DNA of 60,051 nucleotides, counting the filler, from Sphacelaria rigidula (lineage: Eukaryota), in assembly GCA_964200075.2 (NCBI GenBank). It is 7 parts of 7 records of this genome, joined end to end, with 100 filler letters (N's around TTAATTAATTAA, not from the genome) between each part and the next. Parts side by side here need not be neighbours in the genome. Positions count along the whole stretch, not along the records: positions 1 to 8,495 come from CAXNAA020010980.1; positions 8,596 to 17,089 come from CAXNAA020010981.1; 5 more parts are not named here. One strand, given 5' to 3'. The position numbers and the translations under genes are program-made. This document shows, piece by piece, positions 1-13,500 of this stretch; position 1 is the stretch's first letter; the number at the start of each line of letters is the position of its first letter. The notes under the pieces were generated by a model. It did not search any database and was not told where the DNA came from. It worked only from the letters and a program-made list of their open reading frames with translations.

Positions 1-62
1 GGCAATCAGGCCGAAGAAATCGTGAATTTGGCGATTTTGAGTCGTGATGACTTGTCCTAACC

Positions 63-1020
63 GTGGAACAGTGCCTGTCGGATCCATGCATATTGCGATT
101 GCTAGTGGATGGTAAGTTGGTTGGAGCAGTTGTTTCGCATGTAGATGATGTCATTTTTGCAGGGGCAAGCAGTGTGGGTAAGATAGTAGTGGAAGCACTA
201 AGTGACACACTGCCAACTAAGCATCTAGGCGATCTCACATGGTACATGGGAGTGAAGTACAAGCGTGACAAGGTGAACAGGGAAAGCGTACTCGAACGTT
301 TTGATATTTGCCACTCCAGCTCTCTTCCCGCCTCTACTTCTATAAATCTCAGGTCCGTGAATGACGACAAAGGTGTCAAGGATGTGCCGTTTCGCGAAAT
401 GGTGGGTTGTTTGATGTGGATTGTCAATCAAACCAGGCATGACATCTCCAACGCAGTGAGAGCCATGGCGCGACACTTGCACGACCCGAAGGAAACCCAC
501 TGGAAGGCAGTACAAAAGATGGTCGAGTACCTGCATTCAACGGCCGACCTAGGGCTGACATATCGTGTAGGACCTGGTGTAGACATGAGAACAACAGTGT
601 ATGTGGATGCGGACTACGGGTAGGATGACGAGGCGAGGAGATCGGTATCGGGTGCTGCAGTTTTGTGTGGTAGATCGCCAGTAGCATGGTACTCCAGGAC
701 GCAGAAGAGCGGAGTATGTGGCTATGGGGGATGGTGTCAAAGAAGCTTTGTTTATAGACGGCAGTGTGGATTTTCTTTCAGCTGACAGGAATGCAACGAC
801 CATCAGGGTGTTGGAGGATAACGAGGGTGCGACTGCTTTAGCTGAAAATCCAATAGGCTCGTCGAACAGCGAGCACATAGGTATTCGTCATCATTTTCTG
901 AGGGAGTTGGTGGACAAAAAGAGGATGACGTTGGAACACGAACGGAGTAACGAGTAACACGCTGGTCTTCTGGCCAAAGCGTTACCTCGCGCAGCTTTCG
1001 TCTACCATCGAATGTTTTTG
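63..1020 (+). pseudogene. Degenerate Ty1/copia pol 3' end (reverse transcriptase + RNase H)
   Basis: Copia RT motifs SHVDDVIF, YMG, PFREMVGCLMW, TRHDISNAV and HWKAVQKMVEYL, then RNase H motifs YVDADYG, EDNEGA and HIGIRHHFLRELV. Broken by a stop at 621-623 and frameshifts. Confidence 0.93.
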
Positions 1021-1114
1021 TTGGGTATTGAGTGGAGCAATATCTATTTGTTAAGAGTTCTGAGAGTTGATCGAAGATAACTACTTGTTGATGTAGCAAA
1101 TGCCCGAGGGAGGG

Positions 1115-1369
1115 TGTTCGAATATTGGTCAATTCTGCATCCGTAGATATCCTTCGGGGTAGTGTAAGATATGTTTCTGTGGAAGTCTCCGTAGAAAGGA
1201 ACGTTATCCAGAACAAGACTGAGGATGTTCCGCGGGACATTTATATGGCCCGCGGGAGATTGGCTTGATGTGGTTCTCGGCACTGTAGGTGGGGGTTGTT
1301 GACCCCCTCGACGGTCACTCTCTTTTGTTTCCCGATAATAAATAATTTCTTCTTCATTCATTGTGAACA
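1115..1369 (+). mobile_element. 3' LTR of the copia element (255 bp)
   Basis: Preceded directly by the polypurine tract GAGGGAGGG (1106-1114). Bounded by the 5-bp inverted termini TGTTC...GAACA. Contains a TATA-like TTTATA (~1240) and AATAAA (~1338). Confidence 0.75.
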
Positions 1370-4300
1370 AGCTGCCGGGGCAGGCAGCGATCTCTGGACA
1401 ATATCGACAGGGAGTTGGCCATGTATTGTGTCAACAGGAAACATCATATGTTGATACAACGGGGTATCCCGAACACGAACTACGCAAAAGGTGCTGTTGG
1501 CATCACATCAATTTTGCACACCGCGGGCCGTCGATATTTTGTAGGAGCAAGATGTTGGAGGCGTTATGCACCTGGCAATGTGCTGTGGAATATCACCAGC
1601 GAGTTCGGAAATGTGATCCAAACTAAGTTGAATATACTTTTCTATGTGTAACATCGAACACACGATAGATAGAACGCGTCGGTAGGTATTTTACCTGTCG
1701 GCCCACCCGTATGTTGCACGCGTAATATACGTTGCACTCATTTTTGCACGCCTTATTACCCCGGCATATATGTTGTCTCTTCGGGGTGTGGAGCATGTTG
1801 CACGGTCAGTATATATTGCGATTGTTTGGCATCGACTGTATTGCTGAGACAGTGAATGTCGGTGCACCTACGACAATCACATTTCGTGTGGACAACATAT
1901 ATCGCAGTCCTGCGTGGCCAGCTACACGTTACGACCAACACTCCCAGTTTGTGGCGACGAGTAACCAATTGCGCCTTTGCCCGATTGCTTTTAACGCTTG
2001 TTGAGGGTTTAGAATAAAATCAACCATGTGGGGGTAACAAAACAATATTGGGTTCGGTGTGCTTCGACGGAACCTCGACGAGGCCCGGCATTGTGAAGAT
2101 TCAAAGCGGACCAGTTGACGAACGCAAACTCGTTGCTTCGTGAAAAGTGCCCTCAGCTCGTTTCCTCAAAGTGTTGGCCGCCAGGGTGTGTAATGTGGGT
2201 GTTGAGGCCATATACGGCGCCCATCATGCTACAGTAGCGAAAACCTCTAGCGGGTGGAGGACGGCAATGATATGCGACATCCCACGCGATAGGTATGCCA
2301 CCACCAGCGAGCGGGGGGCTTTTGCGCTTCCAGCACTACGCAAGTTCAGTGCACCACAATATTAAGCACACCAATCAGTCCCGTGCCAGCTGTCGTGCGA
2401 GTTCGGCAAGCCTTCGAGTCATGGATGAAGAGCTCGATCCCTGGCTTGCAGTCAACACCGCACGCCGCCATCACGCCAAACAGCGCACTGCCCACCGCTT
2501 GGCGATTATTGTTTGTGCGAAAGCGGCTGTGCACTGTTACAGTACCGTGCTGCTCGTGTGTCACGGTCACTCTGCAATAACTGCTTTTTTCACACACCCC
2601 TGCTCGTCGACGGAACTGAGGGTTGTCACTGACGGGTTTCATCTTTCATTCTTTTTCATCTATTTTCATCCACACCATTATGCATTTAAAGAGGAAAATT
2701 AATGAAACTAGATGAAGAAAAGTAAAAAATCATGGATGAAAATGGAGGGGGAAAGTATGACAAATATAGCCCGTTGATGACTAACGGCCCTGAGCACGCT
2801 TGAATTGGCACACTTGCACATGAACCGATGCATGGATTTGCTCATTCGAAAAGGAGCGGGGGCTGGGGGGGGAACGTGGCTACATCAGAGTAGCCAAGAC
2901 ACACATCGAGTGCAATGTTGTGAGTGATGCCAAAGTAGAGGTGCACGTTTGATCGCAAATCGTTTTTGAGGGCGCACGCTGAGGACCGGATGCGTGTCGT
3001 CCAGAGGCTGCCGAAGTGCAGAGCCTCCGAAACCACTGTTCATCCCCACGGGCACTCCTGTAGTGACAGTGCACAGTCTCCCAATCACACAAACAGCAGG
3101 CGGCAGCGCCGAGAAGTGAACTGTTTGGCGCGATAGCGGCGCGGGGCAGGGTCTTATGTCTGATGTCCACATCAAGTTTTGAAGTTTTTCCTTACATGGA
3201 CCGCGGTTGGTCAAAGGTTGATTTCTCTGCCTAGTGTTGCTGCAAGGCATTATAGTACCACATGTGCACAATCCTAGCTGGTGGTGAGATGAACATCGAA
3301 TGAGACCTCGCTATACCACTCCCTACTGGGTCCGCTGAAGGTGGTTAGTACTGCTGGACGATGAGCGCGGCGTATAGGGTATGCAGTGCAGACAGAACTA
3401 CTGTAGTAAGTTTGAGAAAAAGTGGGATATTTGATACAATATCGCCATGACAAACCACTGTAGTTCCTCCGATCATCCCTCAACGAAAACAACGAATATC
3501 GAATATATGGAGACGACAAGTCATGAGACGTTCGACTGGACGACAATAAAACCAAAGCCATATCGTGCTGACGGAGAATTGATACACGCTCCGTCGTCCT
3601 TGGACGTATTCAGCGATTATCGATATATCTGACGATAGTGAAAAAAACAAGGTTTATTGAACGTTGCACCACCCATGGCAGTGAAACCTAACTGCGCTTG
3701 ACTTGGCCAGCGGAAGGGTACCTGGGCACGGGAATTCTAGAAACCCCGGCACCCGCCCTCCTCCCGAGGGGAAAATTTCGACTCCGAGCACCCACTATTT
3801 GTATTCCTCTAAACCTGCACTAACCAGTATCAGAGCAGTTTACGCCCTCCCTCGTCTCATTATATGTTTCCGTTCGCCTCGTGCTCCCCCCGAGTGACAC
3901 CAGTAACATCGCGCCCATGGTGCCCGTGGAGTGGAGTGGACTTTTAGATGCCACCCCATGAGGAGAAAAATCAATATTTAGACAACCGGGAGTTGCCGGA
4001 AAGCAGCACGTGGACCATCGAGTGTAGGGTGATGTGGAGTGTGCAGATCGGGAACGGAGCGTGCTCTGTGCACCAATATGGGATCGCTTCTTGACCTACA
4101 GCACAGTTTCCGAACTATGACCGGTTGACAGTCTAGGGTTATCACGGGTTGCTGTTCAGACTCGTCGATCGTCAGAGAATGATTCCCGCATCAACCATGC
4201 ATTTCCAGGATGTTTTAGATCCGGCGGCAGGTCTGAAGGGGGGGTGGAGTTCCCATTTCCATCAATCTGATCGGTGGGATATCCCCCTGGGAATTGTGAC

Positions 4301-4884
4301 CAGAAGTTCTTCTCTTGCTGCCGACGAGGCTTCCTGATGAGTCGCCCTGCTCACCCTCGGCGCAGCTCTTCACGATAAGCTACAACGTCCGGGCATCTCT
4401 ATCTTCATGACCTAGAGCCTTTGAGGCGGGAGGGGTTGGTGGTATCCAGCCATTTGCTGGAGGATGACTTGAGACGCGAAGAGAGAGGCACGGAATTTCC
4501 CGGGTATCTCCCCGCCGGAAACCAAAACGTTCAATTTTCGGGGTCTTGGTGTATTGGAACACACTCACGGGTACCCTTCGTACAGAACATCATCATAAAA
4601 ATGTATTTCTCATTGTTGAGTAATCTACTACAGCCGTAGACTGTCTGTTTCCGCGTCTGCAGCTTCCATATTCAGTGCCCCGTCTATGCGGCGGCACTGC
4701 ACATACTACACATCACGGGATGCTGCTGCTCGATGAATATGGGAGCTCGGAGACAGATAGGCACACAATACGACAAACTGCCGCATGGTGTGTAGCTAGC
4801 TACATTTACATGCCGTCTGGGATAATACATAGGCATGCGTACACTTCATACTTCTCTGTGTGCTCGCGTATTGACATACAAGAC

Positions 4885-5788
4885 TACGGCGCGACCTATT
4901 CGCAGGTGGGGTATGCAAATAAGAGTGCGCAGGTCGCAAACGCCTCCAGAACCAAATCCGCAATAAACCCAATTTCAAATCGAAATGCTGCACACACGAA
5001 ACAACGGTCAGTCGCACTCCACAGCAGTCCACAGCAGGGCGAGCAGGAAAAAATCTTGTCGTGGGGTAGGAGATCACATACGTTGGCGGCGATGAGCTCT
5101 CTACTCGATATTGACAAGCCAACAGTCGTATTGGGTTCCTGGTCAACGAAGCACTGTGCATGCTCGATCGAATGGATGCTCTGAACACACCGACTGTATA
5201 CGCATCAGCTGCGTCCTATCGAGAATACCGCCTGTTGCACTGCTGTTGTACAAGACAACACGCTGCCTGTACATACTGTGTGCTGTGCTGACTATCGAGG
5301 TGGCGGCACGAGAAGTAGGAGTGTTCGTGTATCGTACAACTTGTCAGCTATACAGAGCACAACCAGCCCTGTACGGTATAATACTACTGCTGTCAGTTGT
5401 GGCTACGTAGTCGCACACACACATGACAGGAGTACGTTTTAACACTCAGCTGATGACCTGTTGTCCAAGACGCCGCAGCATCAACATATTTTCCTTGTTC
5501 TTTGAGAAGTTGCCTCGAAGAGGTGCTTGGAGAAAAAACGATTCACTTACAATTATTCCCGATAATGTCGAGCAGAGAGCTCATCAACGCCCACGTTTGC
5601 GGTATCCCGTCCTACTACAAAAATCATCTGTTTGATGTTACTGCCCTGCTGTGAGCTGCTGTGGAATACGATTGTTGTTAAGTCTGTTCTGCATCTAAAA
5701 TTGGGTTTCTTGCGGATTTGGCTCTGGAGGCGTTCGCGACCTGCTCGCTCTTATTTCCATACCCCACCTGCAAATAGGTCGCGCCGAA
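4885..5788. repeat. Inverted-repeat (foldback/MITE-like) element, ~150-bp arms
   Basis: 4885-5040 (cggcgcgacctattcgcaggtggggtatgcaaataagag...) is the reverse complement of 5643-5788 (...ctcttatttccataccccacctgcaaataggtcgcgccg), with a ~600-bp spacer. Confidence 0.8.
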
Positions 5789-6594
5789 GACTACGGATGA
5801 TATGTTCTGTTGCATTTGTCGTTTCGCGCAGGGTCCATGTGGTGAGCATTTTTCATCCTCGGGCGAAACACATGAACATGTACCAAGTATGCGATTGCCC
5901 CCTAGGCGGCACGCAAGAGGAGTTCGCGTGTAGTACGTTTGTTCATCTTTGCCGTAAGACGGATACAACGCGACGGGTGAGAAAGCGATAGCGATCGAGG
6001 ACACAGAAAGTAACTGGGCAAGGTGTTGTCCCAACTAGCTACACGCAGGCGAGCGAACAGTCGACATGGTAGCCTCTGCCGTCGCCAATGACAGTGGCTG
6101 CGTGCGATAGGGGTAGGGCGAGAGTCGTGCACAGACAAATCCAATACTACCAAGCGGGAGCGTAGCCATCAGAACCATAATTTGTAGGATCTGCTCAAGA
6201 ATCTCGGTCTGGTTTTATTGTTTTCGTTTCTCGAGGGACAAAGACATTTTTTTGTGAACACAGCAAGTGAAATAAACTTCCTCAAACCCTAACCCCAACC
6301 AAGAGCTGTCTCAAGACATCTTTGGATACAGATAATCCTAAATATTGACGTCAGAGGACTAGGACACGAAGAAAGCCAGACTGGGGTGAGCGTGCACATG
6401 TTGTCTCGATGTGCACGTGACTCCAACAACATATACATATTGTATTACATGCTTGCATCGGCCCATAGATTGTTGGCAAAATCTATGCCGACCCGTACCT
6501 TGCACCACAACATTATTCGGCGAACAAAATGTTTCACCCCGCGGGTTGTCGACATATGTTAGGGACGCTATGCACCAATGATGCCGGTCGCCCC

Positions 6595-6940
6595 GCCCCG
6601 GTGGCTCAATTTTTAACCTCGAAACCTTCTGGCGACTGGGTCGTGGGTTCAAATCTCCGAGCGATCTGATATTTTTTCTCTCACAATGTCCAACACTGGA
6701 GAGCGACCATGGCGTGAATACTCAAAATTCTACTTTACGGTGGACCAGGGAAAGGGACTGGTGACCCCTCTCGCTGTAAAAAACAAAAGGCAAGCAACGC
6801 AGAAGGAAGGTGGGGTACTAAAAACAAACACAAAGGGAAAAACTCCTGTGTTGGCCTCCCTCCTCTGTGACCTCGGCTGCTTCGCCGACGTATACCGGAA
6901 GGTGTAGACCGGCGTCCAGGATAGATGGGACGACTACACA
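6595..6940 (+). mobile_element. tRNA-derived SINE-like repeat, family A
   Basis: A-box-like GGTGGCTCAA and B-box GGGTTCAAATC. The body (ggagagcgac, aaaactcctgt, ccggaaggtgtaga...ggcgtccag) is shared with the copy at 31853. Confidence 0.7.
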
Positions 6941-8495
6941 CCGTGTAGGGGGCTCCGCGGGACAGGGAGTCTGCTCCCTCCGCTTGGCATGGGATAGACG
7001 AGGAAGGGTACTCTTAGGGGTGTCTAGAAGAGAATGTGAAGTCCGCATTCAAGGCGTTCAAAGTGACTCGGGCAGGGAAGGGTAGGTGATAAAGAACGGG
7101 GAGCATGCATACCCGTGTGACGGGTGGCTGGCTGTCCGTGTCTTTTCGAGATTTGGTGTGTACGTCGGTGTGTTTCCTCTCGACGATTCTCCTTGCACCC
7201 ACGCGAATGTGGTTCACGAGTGCTACTGTCAGGACCACTCCACACATATATCCGCGTGCTCGGCGTACAAGAATACTGCTCGAGTCTTGTTTCCAAGTGA
7301 AGGCGGTACACGCTAGATTGTCAACGGTCGCTACATGAAGCACGGCATTTTGAACGTGTCGGCATATCTAGCGAAACCAAACATGGCTCTACTTCATTTT
7401 TCACGTGAGGGTGTTGTACGCCTTGGGTTTCAGTCTCTTTCCTGCACATTCCAAGGCGAGGAATTCCAGCCCATAGATTCGTAATCCGACATTACATGCA
7501 GCCACGCTTGAAGAGATATCTTCGACACTTGGGCACCTTGAAACGTTCTAAACTCGAGGGTCCACGACCTTCTTTTCCTGCGGTAAGGGCTGAGTTTAGT
7601 CATGGGAATGACTATTTCCCTCACGAACGTGATATTGACGTCTGGTTCACTCCACTGTGTTTCCTTCGTGTGCAGCTTATCTCCTTTCCGAGTTTCAACT
7701 CAAGCTCCGGGTCCGGCAATATATAGTCTGTTTCGCCACAATTTTGAAATCAAGCTCGGGGCTCGGGATATTCCGTGCTCCAGCGCTGCGAGCATTTTTC
7801 GCGGGTTCTTTCGTCAGTGCCAAGATGTATGATCAACAACCGCTTGAAGAATCGTGACCATTCAAACCTGCCTGCGAAAAATAACATCTTCTTAATTTCA
7901 CTGCGTTCAATTTATTGTCAACGCGATGAGTTTCGCTCACTGAAGCTCAAACTCGTTCCCCGCCTGTAAAATACTTGATGAAAGACAAAATGTTCCATTG
8001 TGTTCCGAGGTGAGGACGTTGCACTCAGCGGATTTCAAATATTCTCCAGTATAGATCATCTTCGAGGAAGGATGTTAGGGATTCCCGAAAAGCCGCCATA
8101 GATTGTTGCGCATCTGGAGATGAGCGTCGCGTGTGTGAACCTCGTACACTCCCTTCGCGCTTCGGCAGTAGGGTTCTATTCTTCATTGTTGTGGTGAGAA
8201 AAAGTCATTACAACATCACTATTTCCGTAACGAGACAAAATACAGGGTCAATGCTGGTTCATTTACATAATCCACGAGTTCCCGTTGTCATCTTCGCCTT
8301 TCCTACACGTCCGACAGAATAAAAAAACACTTTTGATGGACGAGCTGGACCGGCCTAAACGCGGATTTGTGCTCTCAAAGCAACATCTCATCGACCACAG
8401 ACGAGTTGGGTCGTGATCTGCATATAACAGCCAATCATCTATGTTGAGGATGGTGCTTTTGATTGAGGATAAGAACCCGGAGGATTAAAATCTTC

Positions 8496-8595
8496 NNNNN
8501 NNNNNNNNNNNNNNNNNNNNNNNNNNNNNNNNNNNNNNNTTAATTAATTAANNNNNNNNNNNNNNNNNNNNNNNNNNNNNNNNNNNNNNNNNNNN
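8496..8595. other. Artificial contig-joining spacer (N44-TTAATTAATTAA-N44); identical spacers at 17090-17189, 25683-25782, 34276-34375, 42868-42967, 51460-51559
   Basis: Six identical 100-bp spacers with an all-frame stop linker, separating contigs of non-increasing length. Confidence 0.97.
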
Positions 8596-9136
8596 TAGAA
8601 TCGTTAGGAGCCTCTGAACCAGACATAATTTCGCGAAAAAAGTGCACCCCTACCGTAGCATTGCTCTACCCACGCTACTTTGAGGGGCATGGGTTCTGTA
8701 GGGCGTTTCCTGACATGTCGTGTATCTGCCTTGACCGGCGTCCATGGATTACCTGGATGGAGCACAAGCTGTTGAAGGAAGTTATTTTTGTCCGGATGGC
8801 CGGATTTCCCCCTTGAAACTTTTTTTGTTTTTGTTTTAAGAGAGAAAGCCACGACGACTGATGTACCGGTAGCCTTGTTCATGTGAACAGGTACACTAAG
8901 TGAACATGCACATGTGCGGATAGATTCATGTGGACGTGCGGGTACTGGTAGTCGAGTGTGTGTGACTACAGCACCCCGCTCACGGCAACTACGACGCTGC
9001 CTGCTGAGCTCACGCAACATTCGATCCCTCAGTCATAGGGTCGACTCAGTCTGGGCACTCTCCAATAATACAAAAGATAAAACTATGTATCCTTCGCCAC
9101 GGGCCACGGAATAACCTTCCCGGCTGCCGGTGAAAC

Positions 9137-9600
9137 ATGTCCGCAGCTGGGAGTGCGGACCAGGTGCAGAAATGCAAGGATTTCAACAATTTCGAAAAAT
9201 ATCACGTGATTCGGCACCTCCTCGCTGACAGCAAGAACGGCGTCCCGGTGCACGGTGCGTTCAAGGCGGTCGCAGAGAAGTTTGGCTGCTGTTCGGAGAC
9301 GATATGGAGGTTGTGGAAGAAATATGACCTGCAGCATAAAGCAGGGGTCGCCAACCTAACGCTGATGAACGGTCGCAAGGGGAAATGCAGCCAGAAGGGC
9401 ATCATCCCGGAACTTGCTGCGCGCCTCCCAGACGTTCCGCTGAACGACCGCACCACACAGCGCCGTTTGGCTGCGGCGCTCGGTATTGCCCATTCTACGC
9501 TGTTCGACAACCTCAAGGCGCTTGGATTGAGGGCACACTCGAACATACTCAAGCCGCTTCTCACCAACGACGCGAAGCTTCAAAGGCTGCGGTGCGTGGC
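9137..9600 (+). pseudogene. Tc1/mariner (plant/stramenopile mariner-like) transposase N-terminal fragment
   Basis: Two HTH-like segments (AFKAVAEKFGCCSETIWRLWK; RTTQRRLAAALGIAHSTL) and the linker LRAHSNILKPLLTNDAKLQRL typical of plant-type mariner transposases. No DDD catalytic domain follows. Confidence 0.7.
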
Positions 9601-10554
9601 ACGGGGGTGCGGCAGTGCGACAATACGATCCCGGCTAGGCGGCGACACGGCGCTGCCCACATGACAACTTGACCCCCATCCCCCGAAATTCGATGCGCGA
9701 CCTTCCTCATTCGGCACATGGGACGTTGCGGTCTCTTCCTCTTATGTTAAAAGGGGCATTGCTGGCTACAACACGCTCGGGGGCCCGATTTTTCGACTGC
9801 TGGGTACAACCAAGCTGAATTTTCACGATTCCTCCCAATCAGGGGACGATTATGAACCATCCCCCTCCTTTATCTTGGAATTTTTTCCCCCCTCCAACAT
9901 GGCATTTGATCGCATTTCAAACTTGTCGGACGTCCCCCAGCTATTAAATGGCCGAGATATGACAACTCCGACTTATATTGCCGGATTTCCAAATCCGACT
10001 TATAATGCTGGCCAGAGGAAGTATCTGGAAAAGAAAGGACAGAAAAGGGTCAGATGTGCGTCTGTACTGTAGTTGTAGAAGCGGCAATTTTCGAGTGTAT
10101 AAATGCAAGTCTGTCGTGGTTTATATGGTGCTGCGAACTGGACCATTGCAACCCCGAGGTTTAAGCCGCAGCCGTGATTGTTGGCAAGGACTCAAGTGGC
10201 TATGATTGCCTGTTGACCGTTTGCATGTTTCATTCGCTAAACGATACCGAAAAAAAGAGAGAAAAAACAGGTTATGTACTCAATGACACTGCTGCACCCC
10301 TACAAAATTCCCCGGAGGCCCTATACTGTACCAGTCTCATAAATCTCACGACCAATCAACGGTCGGGAGGACCGAAACCTACAACTTACATGCGGGATGG
10401 TCCCACGAGATAAATCGGACATTTTTCACAGACAAAAAACAAACTGCGCAAAAACGGCGTCACACAGGAGAGCGTCCTTTGTCACAATCCCCCACTACAG
10501 CAAATCAACCGGCTAGAATCTTACTATTATTATTGCGTATTTTGCTTCCCTTAC

Positions 10555-13500
10555 CGTTTTGTCAGACTCTCATCGTCATCGAGACCACCATAACTGGGAT
10601 ATACAAAACTGTTCCCCAGGCTGGCGGAAGGCTTCAACTCACCACCAACCCCTTCGTCTCTAGAACGATGTTCAACTTCACCAGGCTCTGCAACTTGCGT
10701 TCCTACCGCGGTGAACGCAGCAGCACTAGCCACCTCTACCGACCCCTCCGGCGGCTTCCACGCGCTCTCCTGAGTTACCGCGTTGTAAAAGTACGTCTGT
10801 CCACTGTCAGGATCCACCACCTCTACCCAGGATCCTTCGGAACTCGCAGCATCACTGCCACTCCCTACAGCTAGAGTTGCTATATCATCAGCAGCGGGGG
10901 AACTACTCACTTCCCTTTCTCCATCTTCCCCAGCGGTCAAGTCTTCGATCCTTTGGCCTTCTTGTTTTTCGCCGTCGCGCAGTGTGGATGATGGCGCAGC
11001 GATCGGCCCATTCCCAGATGGAGTCCACTGGTCGACAACGCCTTGCTTTGCCCGCGGCGCTTGTTGCTCGTCAACACGTGAGTCCCGTGTCCTCTCGACA
11101 ACATAGTCGGTAACGGCTGAATCATGCACGTCGTGTGTGGTCGCTGCTGAGATTGATTTCCCGTCATCGGCGTCTTTTCGTCCGTTTGCAGTGATTGCTG
11201 CGGACAATACCGGCCGCTCCCACGAAGTAGCCTGAGTTTCCAGATGGACATAGTAGTCATACCCAGATTCTCTATCGTGGCGCACTGTCCAAGCCGCGGC
11301 TGTCTCGGTGTCTGCCTTTGAATTTTTACGTTCAGGCTGTTTTTGGCTTTCAGATGAAATAGTGGCGGAACTATGAACTAGTGCGTCCTGCCTCATCGCT
11401 ACATCTTCCCCTTGCAGTTTCACTGATTGAGCCTCAGGTATTGCATCATGATTTTGTCCGCCGTTTCTCAATGGCAAATCGTCGGGTTCGTGGTGCTCTT
11501 TGGGATGAAGAAGGGGCGTACTTGCTCCCATATCAGGGTTTGGCGCATCGCCTGTTTCCCTGTCCTTTGTATGCGGTATTGCTTCTAATCCTTGACTATC
11601 GCTACTGGTTTCACTTTCTGTCGACGAGCCCTCAATAACGTTTCCCGCGTTTCCGTCGGTAGCATCATCGGAAAAGGAAGAGTGAATTGTTTCGACCAGC
11701 AGCCTTTTAGACTCTTGCGTGTCTACATCCCCGTGGTCATTACCCAACTCACAATCTTCATGGGAGTCGTGTAATACACCAGCTTTTTCATCTTCCTTAG
11801 AATATTCAGTCCATGATCCCTCACCCTGCCCTCCCTGAGGCGCGGAAGCCGTACTTTCTACCCTATCACTTTCATTGTAGCACGCAGCAACACCTTCTTC
11901 TGTTCCTGATATTCTTCGTGTATCCTCGCTACTCTGGACTGAAACACCACGAGGGCGCTCCTCCTCTGGCTCCTCCCTGCCGGTATTTCTTAAAACACCC
12001 CCGTCATCCTCCATCCTCCCCTCCCTATACCCCTCGCTCCTATTTTCCCCACCCTCTGTACTCCCCTTCTCCTGCCTATCTCGCTCGTTTCTTCTCTCTG
12101 CTTCGTCCAAATTGGGAAGGTCAGAGCTGTGAATGAGGTCACCACTTCTGCTCTCCCCTGCCGTATTGAAAGAACCTTCCTGATTTTCGTCCCAGGTCTC
12201 TTCTTCCTCGTCACTACTTTCGTCCCAAGTTCCGTTATCACTGCCACCTTTTCCCGCATCATGCCCGACAAACTCTGATTCTGAGTGGCCGGGTTCTGCT
12301 TCCACCCGCGCGTCGCCCTCTTCCTCCACGACCACATGCGATAATGGACGATGATGTTTTGAATCTGCTGTTGCTCTGGGTGCTGTGTCGAATTCTCCTT
12401 GCTCGTCGTTCGCCATTCGTTCCGTAGGCTTTGCCGCTGTTGAGGCTGCGATGGAATCGCGTCGGGCCGCTTCCATCATCTCCGCAAACCTGGAAGATAA
12501 CGTAGGTTGCTTTTGTAGTTCTCCCATTACACCCTCGAGTTCGTCACACGTTTTCTCTTGCAAGTCATGCCGTTCCTGTGTGCTGGTAGCACCTTCCTGG
12601 TCCTTGGTCACGATGTGTTCTTGTTGTTGCTGTTGTTCCCGTTGCTGTTGTTCCCGTTGCTCTTGTTGTTGTCGTCGTTGTCGTCGCAAATCTTCCACTT
12701 TTCTCGTCGCGACGCGCCGACGTTGACACTGCTGGATTGCAATCGCGGCTTCGTCTCGTCGACGGACTTGTAAAGCTTTCATGTCTAAATCGAGCTCTAG
12801 GTGTGTATTGGTTTCGGATCCAACTTCTATTCCTCGCTGGCGTCTCAAGAATCTTACTTTGATTGCTTGGTGACACCTAACTGCTCGTTGAATGCATGCG
12901 GCAGCGGCAGCCTTCTCCTCTGCGATATCGTCTGGCTGTGGCGCACGCGTGCGAATTTCTACATCACGTTGTCGTCGGAGCTTATCTACTCTTCCCTTAG
13001 CTTGGGCCCTTCTAACTTCGCGCTGGATACAGCTTGCCGCTTGCCCTGTCTGCCGAGTGCGTCCCTCCGCCTCTAGCCGGGTTGCTTGAATCTCCAACTG
13101 CCGCTCGACGTCACGCTCTACACCCTCATCTCGTTGCTGTTTTAACTTGACCACCCGACGAACGGCCTGCCTCCGTCTCTCGGCACGCTGAATGCATGCG
13201 GCGGCTTCCTCTCCTGCTACACGTCGTGTTTCTGCAGCAAGCTCCAGGTGATGCTCAGTATCCGTGTCTTGGTCCCGCTTCAACGCTTCCACGCGTTCGA
13301 CGGCTTGTTTGCTCCGCACGCTGCGTTGGATACACTCTGCAGCCTCCCTCTGCGTCATCTCTTCCATCTCAAGCTCCCTCTCTACCCTCTGCTTGGCGTC
13401 GATCTCTTCTTGTTGTCTTAGCGCGTCGACATGGCGAACGGTTTGTCTGGTTCTAGTCGAGCGCTGAATACAACAAGCAGCGGCTTCCTCGCGGGCCACG

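Noticed and set aside
2947..3057. Possible 111-bp minus-strand exon (VPVGMNSGFGGSALRQPLDDTHPVLSVRPQKRFAIK)
   Set aside because: Plausible acceptor but weak donor, with no partner exon or homology recognised.
8540..8551. Regularly spaced TTAATTAATTAA motif every ~8.6 kb as a biological repeat or piggyBac site
   Set aside because: It is embedded in fixed N runs and is an assembly linker with stops in all frames.
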